A stretch of DNA of 32,213 nucleotides from Atractiella rhizophila. Taxonomy: Eukaryota. The stretch is taken from contig MU271623.1 of NCBI GenBank assembly GCA_021432655.1, forward strand, positions 6,144 to 38,356. The letters are read 5' to 3'. Below the pieces are notes generated by a model. The model was not told the origin of the DNA and did not search any database. It saw only the letters and a list, made by a program, of their open reading frames with translations. Position numbers and translations under genes: made by a program. Positions 24,526 through 32,213 of the stretch are shown here, in pieces (position 1 is the stretch's first letter; every line of letters starts with the position of its first letter).

Positions 24526-25782
24526 CAACTACTTGTAAGCTACAAGCAATCACTCAGAGCCCATAAACAGACACCATTTCATCGTGACGATTCAGGACGT
24601 TTTGTCAGAAATAACAGGATACATCCATGTTCTACGTTTTCTCAGAAGAGTAAGGCAGGAACCGTGACGTTGGACGAGGCCGTCTCTGAAAGAGATTCGA
24701 AGGCGGCAGCCAAGCTCCTCAACTCAACCACCACCTTCGGCTGCACATCGCGTCAATCCTCTAGCAACACTTTTGTCGTACCAACCCCAATTTCTGACAC
24801 AGCTTGTCGCTCCATGTCACGAAGTACCATAGTCCAATGTCACACAGGGCTTCTTGCTCCTTCCGACAAAATGCCAATGTCTACTTCAGAGACTCATGCT
24901 CCATGCCACGATGTATCACAAAGTAAAAGCCCAATGCCCAGCAGCATGCCACATTGAGCCATAAAATACCAGGGTCCTTCGGAAAAAAGTGTGCCTCTGG
25001 CAACTCTGCTGGCTACTTTAGTTTGGGTGCAGGTTAGAAGCACTACTGCTTTTTGCCCTGAAGCTCTTGCAGCATTTGAGGTGACTGCCCTGCCCCTTTC
25101 TGTTGGGTCTTGCCTGTTTAGCGGGCTCTCGGGCCCTGTTTGGACGAAAGTCTTGTGCAATCCCGGCCCCACGAGCACGCGGGTTCTCCTCGCGGCAAGG
25201 AATAGGTACACACCCCAAACATCCTGCTCTTGCACACCGTAGCATTGCGATGTTGCGAGGCCACTGAAGGAGCTGCTTGCAAAGAATGAACTACAACGTG
25301 GCTGCGATCTGACGCTGACAGCTCGATCATCACAACAAAGCACGCGCCAGTGCAGGCGAGTGCAGGCATATGCATCAACAGACCACAGCACTCTGTACTC
25401 ATACATAATCCCTTCAACCTCTCCGTGCGCTCTCAAATTCGCCTAGCTTCGCGCCAGTATAGGCGTGTTACCTTTGTGGCATTTATCATTTGTTCAAAAG
25501 GGTGCTAGTGATTTGCCAGTTGTAGGCCATTGTAATAATCCACGGGTGAGTTGTCTCACAGTTCAGTCGTATCCGAAGGGCATGTTGAGGTTTTTTGGAC
25601 CTGTTTGTTGTCTGCAAGTCGCCGCTGTTCTACAAATTCCTTGTTCATCTGTAATCCATAGAGGATGCTATCATCGTATATACTTGTGTATTTGGCTTGA
25701 AGGTGAGCCCTTTGCGATGCTGTTGTTTGACTCCATCAGAGCAAACGTAGTAAGCACAAGACTGAAGCAACAAGCTATCTAG
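24526..25782 (+). pseudogene. Decayed reading frame of unknown origin (gene or transposon relic); coding strand uncertain
   Basis: ORFs 24664-24957, 24991-25242 and 25465-25782 share one frame, which runs ~419 codons with only three internal stops (TGA 24955, TAG 25240, TAG 25444). No recognisable domain. Confidence 0.35.
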
Positions 25783-26079
25783 AAACCGCCGCTATGATGC
25801 TGTCGGCGGTTGGCATTTGTGGTTAGACAGTGTATACAACGCAAACTTGCTCGCCAACAGCTTGTGTGTGTCGTGCCACTGCAGTGTTGGGTTACCATGC
25901 TAGAACTGATGTCATCTGGTCATCGATGGACATTAAGGCATGCCATAGACAAGTCCTGCAGTTAGATGAACGGAGGTGGACTTATTAAGGCTGACTGCTT
26001 TGTCGGCATAAAGATGTTCTAGAAATTGCTAGACGTGCCTATGCTATTGTATTTCATTCATGGATACCGAGACCTCTAT

Positions 26080-26798
26080 GCTCTATGTAAACCTTTTCTC
26101 GGGATGGTCTTTTGACCCTCCGCGAGGTACTCCAAGGTGATGAAAGTGTCTGTCACGGTAGCCTGATTGGTATTTGTTGCTGGAGCATGCTTCTATGCCA
26201 GGGATATCGTTCGAGGATGTTAGTACGCACTGTAATGGTATCTTTATTTGTGTTTCAGAGGCAGTGCGAGATGCAGGGATTGCTCACATCACATCTGCCT
26301 CAGACCTCAGATCTGTCAGATGTTTAGCGATGGGATTCCCGGTTTCCAAGTCCATCTAGACGGGGAGGGGCATTCACCTTCAACGTCCCCAACACTGTCT
26401 TCTTGATGCCATCGGCAATTCACACGTCAAGTCCAACCTCTTCTGTAATTTGATACCATTCACATTTCCTGAAAGCAACACTGAATTCAAGTCTTGCGAA
26501 TAGTAAGCGGTACCAACGGACGAAAAATACTAGTTGGCTTGCGGGTCCTTACGGTCGTCTCAGGGGAAAGAGCCTCCGTATCCTCCGAATTTCGCGACAG
26601 AGCTTCATGTTTCTCCCTTATCCGTTTTAATCTCGCCATTATGAACGTGGATTCGGCGTAAATGAGTTTAAGAATTTCGTTCTGGGGATGAAGTTCGTCA
26701 GTTGTGCAGGGTCGCAGATGCCCTCTCCCTCTGGGTCCTTTGCTTCCGTCGATAGTTCGGACGACCATACGAAAGCTGGAGCTTGTGATTTTTGACAT
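26080..26798 (-). pseudogene. Companion B: paralog of companion A, divergent from K5, frame-disrupted
   Basis: ORF 26798-26487 (TTDELHPQNEILKLIYA) and downstream blocks VAFRKCEWYQITEEVG, LETGNPIAKH, DTITVRTNILERY, TLEYLAEGQKTIP are collinear with 11111-11820, in several frames. Same aaatcacgATGTC start context. Confidence 0.6.
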
Positions 26799-27662
26799 CG
26801 TGATTTATTCGTGTTGAGAATGCGATCACCAAAATCATCGAAGTACTAGTACTTTCCCACTCTTACAGTCGTCTGTCGCCTATTTTCCCTTTCTTTCTCT
26901 GCTTTGTCAAGGTTTCTAGGAGAGCCTTGTCTGCTAGTCAGAGGGCTGGTGCCTTTCATCGCACTTAACACTAGTTCCTAAATGGTGCCATCCTTGGCCG
27001 TCCGCTTGAAGTAGCACTTTCTTTGTTTCTATTATTCCCGCCTTTCTGTATTCCTTCATGCATCATCCTTTCTCACAGAAATGGTAAACAACCTCGCACA
27101 TAGCGATATTCCTTTGTCTGCTTTGCGATGAATGATATCTTTTTTGATCCTTCATGTGACGCTAAAAATGATCCCTTTGGCTACTCTTCCACAATTGTAG
27201 GCACCTGCACGTATGTCTTCCTTTCTATTCCTTCCTATCTTTTCTTTGTTTCGCCTGGTCTCACTCTTTGTTGACTTTTGCTTCGACGAATAACAACTCC
27301 CCGCCGTTGTCTGCTACCCAAAAACTGCCATGCACTTCTTGGTTCAATCCAAATCAATTATGATCCTTAGCAAGTATCACTCTAAGTATTGTCTCACCTG
27401 ACCATGATATTCTTGCACCGCCAGATTCACTTCTAAAGGAAAGGAGGCCTACGTGTTCGTTCCTCTTCTCCGCAACGCATTTTCTCATTTGTCCAACATG
27501 TTCCTTTCATATCCGCGTGAGAAACATGGTTGTTGGTAGTTGCTTCTTTCACTAGGAAAGGTTAATGGCCATGGAAGTGTGCCACCCATATTTTGTCCTT
27601 TTCGTATGGTCCCGCGTTGAACTGTTTACTAGCTGCAGCTGCAAATCTAGGTTTATCCGATA
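26799..27662. promoter_or_regulatory. Putative bidirectional promoter between companion B and K5
   Basis: Pyrimidine-rich spacer between divergent ATGs. The part next to companion B is homologous to 10870-11110. Confidence 0.45.
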
Positions 27663-29772
27663 ATGCGGCTTTTCGCCTTTCTCACACCAAGCTTCCATGT
27701 CCCTTCTGACCGGGGTGGAACTCCACCACTGCTCCTTCAGGATGTCTCCAAAGAGCCGCATGCCTTGTGCAAATCGTTGGTGACAAGCGCTCAGTTCAAA
27801 CCCACAAGGAAGACGGACAAATTTATCAAGGTTTCGTATTATGATCATCTTCGAAAAGACCTTGAGGTGTTACCTTTGAATGTGACTGTCCCGTTTTGGT
27901 CGGAAATCTTGGTTCATGGAGATGTGCAACCGTGAGGCTACTCCTTTTCTGTCCCCCATCCCGCTGATCACCTTCGGTAGCGAAACCTGTCTTTCATCAT
28001 TTTTGCTCGATCTGAAAACTTTCTTGACGTATATGTACCCTGCAAGAGCACCCGCACCTCTTTCCATCCACACTTCCCACGAGACGTGTTTTTCACAGGG
28101 AGTGAGAACCCAGGAGATTGATATTCTGCGAATCCAAATGGAGGAGGAAGTCTTGGCAGTTCTGGTTGTCCTGGTTGGTACAGCTTTCAAGACTGACGCG
28201 AAATGTTCACATAGGCCTAGTCCCCAGGCACACTGCGAGAGGAAGACTGGAAAGGTGTCACGTTTTCATCCATCGACTTTGAGGATACATCCCAAATTGC
28301 AGGGAACTACTTAGCATTTCTCCAATCACTTGACATTGATGAGCTCGATTATGCCGCATTCCTTGATTTCAAGTCTACTGTCACACTCAATGTCTCTAAA
28401 TATGTCTCATACGTCTCTTTCGACCATCGGCCATATCTTCCCGTGTTGACACTCCTGAGTGAGATTTTTTCTCGTCGGTGGGATTGCTCTCAATTTTCGC
28501 ACGAGACTGGTGAAGCTTCTTTCCCACGAGTCCTCGTGTCTGGCGCTGAGAGGGATCCAAACGAAGAGCACGACGTGGATTTAAGCACAATTACGCTGGC
28601 TGCTGACCTAGACCTTTATGACGCTCAAAACGACGATGGTCCCATCCTTGATGCAATTGCAGATTGGCATAATGATCGCCTCGACAAAGCTCAGGTGTGG
28701 CTAGATGAGCTCCAGTTACCAGGTCATGAGCTTCGAGTTATTTCTGTGATTTCCCCTTGCCTCCCCAGTTCAATTTCGTCCATCCCACCTCTGCTCATGA
28801 CCGCGAAGGACCCGCTAGTTCGATTTTTTCAAAATATCCTTTATCAAGCGTCGTCTGCCCTTCGGCCCTCAGCCCAGACGACCTCGATACATCCAGGAGA
28901 TTCAATTTTTCTAGAAAGCTCTTTACGGTCAGGACAAGAATTTTGGGGACAAGTTTTTGAGGTAAAGATCCACGCTTTGGAAGCCCAAAAACTGGTTTTG
29001 AAGATTTACGACGAACGACTCTTCCCTCCTCCAGCGTGGGAGATGGACTACGACGGCATTTTACGGATTAGGCGATGGCCGAACGCAGAAGATTCGTGGC
29101 AGCGCGAAGAAAGAGCTTATCATGCCCTACGCTTTCTGCAAGGTTCTGGTGTTCCAAGATCCTACGGCTTTTACCGGGTGAGTTCTTCTTCGTCGGAGCT
29201 GACTTTTTAATTATCTTCTACAATCAGATTCAGCTTCCCGATGGCGAAATTGTGGCGGCTCACCTCATGGAATATGTCGAAGGTCCCCACCTCGACGAAA
29301 CTTGGGTCAGGGACCTGTCAGAAGAAGAACAGCAGAACTTTGTGTGTTGACATCCTTTCCGCCATTTCAAGTTACTAACCTGGAGCAGTTCAACAAAGGA
29401 ATGGCGTTGATGGGGGCAATGTTTCTCCTAGGCGTTACACACACAGATCTCAACGATCGACCAGATCAAATCATCTGCCCTCCTTCTTCCCTCCTAGGTG
29501 TTGCGCCGGATTTCGTGCTCATCGACTTTGGAATGAGTAATCTGGTGCAGATGGATGAGAGCTACCTCACATCCGTGTTGGGGTGGAATCTTAATATTTC
29601 GGTGGATTCCGAATATATCAATCGGATGCTCATTCAACGACTTGGTTGGACCTTGGTTGATGATGACGAAAAGCACCCTGAAGTTTTGTTACGGTACACG
29701 TGGCAGATTTTGCTAAGAAAACGAAAATTTGGGATTCTGCATGTGAACTGGGATGCAGAGAAGGGGTGGTAA
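27663..29772 (+). CDS. K5: kinase-like family paralog, 638 aa, 5 exons (requires the distal acceptor of intron 2)
   Basis: Exons 27663-27931, 27981-28173, 28221-29177, 29228-29341, 29389-29772 splice in frame (1917 nt). Catalytic loop HTDLNDRPDQI and VLIDFG. Confidence 0.8.
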
Positions 29773-30004
29773 GCAATGAGCTTTTTGCAGTCTCCACTAG
29801 AACTCATTCGTCGCGTCCCTGTACATGTCTGGGATGGGAATGTAATGAAGCAAGACTTTTCATAATCGGCAACTAAGTCACAAGCACTCAAAGAGTCCGT
29901 TGAAGAATATCGAAATACGTCCTTTCACAATGATTTTCAGTCACGACTCCAATCTGCTAGAAACTAAATGCTCAATGTCCACTGCGCTAATCGTAGTCAC
30001 AGAG

Positions 30005-32213
30005 TTATGACGCGGGAGCACCCGAAACGTTGGCTTCCTGCTCTATTTTGCTTGATGTGGGAACCTGAAGATCCACAGGACTTGGCACTACGTCAGACTC
30101 TTCCAGGATAGGGACTGTTTTGTGACTATGCCGCCGACTCAAGCCCGGCTCGCTTGAACTGGACGAGTTGTGGCTGTCGTTTCTCCCCGAGCTACCCTTT
30201 CCTCCAGAAGATGAGTGCGAGGCTTCTTTCCGAGAATTTTGCCCTGCTGAATGTGTCCTCGACAGTACGCCATATTCGGAAACGTTGCGGGATCCTGGAT
30301 GAAGGGAAGAAGTGACAGAAAGGGAACGGTCGAGTGTATGTCCAGTAGATGGCCTTGGGGACGGTGGAATGGACTGGCCCATCGTTGCCTTGGACCAACG
30401 TGTGCGGCGCGCGAGATCTGTGGAGGAATCGCTGGGTTCTCGACGGTCCTCAGAAGACCGTCGTGAGTGAACCGATTGACTTGGGGAATTAGCGTGTAAA
30501 GAGGGTTGGGAATGCGAGAAGGATGTGCGAGTGCTCGCTGAGATTGGATCGATTTCCCCTTCGCCGGGAGTTGCAATTTTGCCCAGCTCCGTCAGCGAAG
30601 AAGACTCAAAACCTGTAGCAGTCGTAGTAACTGGGCGATAACGTGGATTATCTCGAAGGATCGGATGTCGACTCGATCTGCTATACACTTAGCCCCAGTC
30701 ACAGAAACAGAATGAATAAGACGCACGACGACTCCTCTGACTCAGGATCCAGCTTTTCATCCATTTCTGGTTCCTTCTCTTCCATGAGCGTCTCCCGTGG
30801 TGACGATGTGCCCTTTCGCTGAGCACCGAAGAGTCTGATACCCAATCCCGCCAGAACTCCACCGATCCCTTCTTTCGCACTTGACGTGGATCCAACACTG
30901 ACAGGACGCATCGTAGAGTGAGACTCTGAGCCTGTTCCGCTGCGTCGTTTCATCTCTGAGGAGTACAAACTTTCTGACTCTTCAGCTATCGTGCTTGTTC
31001 GACGGCCTGTGAAGATAGGCGGGAGGTAGTTTTCGCGCCGAGATAAACCTGCACTGCCGGAGGATGGACTCGATGAGGGAACACGTTGAGGTGAATTGGC
31101 TGCCGTGGTGGTAGGGGTATGGAGAGAGGAAGCGGGCGTTTCTTGACTTGGGACACTCGTATCAATGCTTCCGGATGCATAAACATCTGGCATTCCATAT
31201 GTCGAAGAATACGCAGAACCTTGACGGACAGCACCAGTGAGGGAAGAACTTGAGCGGTTTGCGGTGGATTGAGGATTCAATGTGTCCACAGACTGATAAG
31301 CTCCGGCTGGCGTCGCAGTTCCGCTGGTCGCGGTCCCATAAACAGATTGATCGGTGGATGGGCCAGTTGGAGCTGTCAGAAACGAAGGTCGAGACATCTC
31401 TGAGCGGCCAGAAGGGCCATCAACGTTGGACTCGGGGGAGGAGGCATCAGAGTCTCGACCTTTTGCGCTGACCAGGGCACCCAACCCAACCGTTGCAGCT
31501 GCAGCTCTTCCAACATCTCTTAAATTCCAACCATACTGCCGGTCGCCGCTCGAAGGTCCAGCACCACGTCCTCCGGGGGGATTTGAGGGTGGTCGAGAAT
31601 AAAAGAGGTCGTCAGAGTTCACGGAAGGGCTTTCTCCACTGCTTGAGTTACCTGCAGGGCCGCCTCCACCACCTCTCCCACTTCCCGAACCAGAGCCTGA
31701 CGGATTACTCGACCCACTAGTTTGGCGTGTTCCACGAGTATTCCTCGACCCCTCATTCGACGTTGACAGGCTGCCTGCTCCACTTGCCATCCTCTCACTG
31801 CCTGAGCCAGTACCACGTCCAGTCATCGGAGTATCATAGCCTCTTCCTGCACCCGACCCTGAACTAGAGCCCAAACTGTCTTCTCCCCTAAACGTACCGC
31901 CTAGCACTCCAAAGCCGAGACCTACACCAGCAACAACGGTCCCGATATCCCCGCTAGATGCTGATCGATGATCGCTTTCCTGCCCTAGCAGTCCCTGCCT
32001 CTCCCCAGCTCGAGTTGCCTCAGTCCCTAATACCTCGGTAGCATCTTGTCCCTGGTCTTGACTAGGAAAGATATTTCTCGAATCCGGTCGATCCTCGCTT
32101 GGCCGAATAGTCGAACTTCCTCCCCGATTGCTCAACCTACTCATCATCTCCCTGCTCCGACTCGCAAGACCCGCCAACCCCCCAGCTCCTCCCATAGCGC
32201 TGATCAAAGCATT
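30005..32213 (-). CDS. 3' part of a large Ser/Gly/Thr-rich, probably disordered protein (5' end outside window)
   Basis: Frame is open from the window edge to 30727. A 46-nt GT-AG intron (30726-30681) joins it in frame (ESEESS|RSSRHP) to the exon ending at 30005. More than 700 codons; no recognisable domain. Confidence 0.8.

Noticed and set aside
25779..25812. 8-bp hairpin (aaccgccg...cggcggtt) next to CTAG as a Helitron 3' end
   Set aside because: Spacing to CTAG is ~1 nt rather than ~10, the following base is not T, and there is no Rep/helicase sequence.
1..32213. CRISPR arrays, rRNA/tRNA genes, intact transposase or reverse-transcriptase ORFs, prokaryotic defence systems
   Set aside because: No repeat-spacer periodicity, RNA gene signatures or DDE/RT motifs were seen, and the sequence is clearly spliceosomal eukaryotic.

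Overview
Eukaryotic, intron-rich fungal DNA. The short ~46-60 nt GT-AG introns with CTRAC-like branch points suggest a basidiomycete; species not determined. The dominant feature is five paralogs (K1-K5) of an uncharacterised 5-exon gene encoding a ~640-aa protein: a ~370-aa N-terminal region of unknown fold plus a divergent protein-kinase-like domain (VLK lysine, alphaC Glu, LQG..VP..YG, LMEYVEG hinge, HTDL..RPDQ catalytic loop, DFG). K2, K3, K4 and probably K5 are intact; K1 carries two frameshifts. The paralogs are patchwork mosaics of each other and have a hypervariable segment after DFG. K3 and K5 are each paired head-to-head with a decayed 'companion' gene, and the companions and their proximal promoters are homologous, so kinase plus companion appears to have been duplicated as an inverted module. 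Between the clusters lie VPS11/PEP5 and a secreted GH3 beta-glucosidase with more than 20 introns. The window ends in the 3' part of a Ser/Gly-rich low-complexity gene. No RNA genes, CRISPR arrays or recognisable intact transposons were seen.
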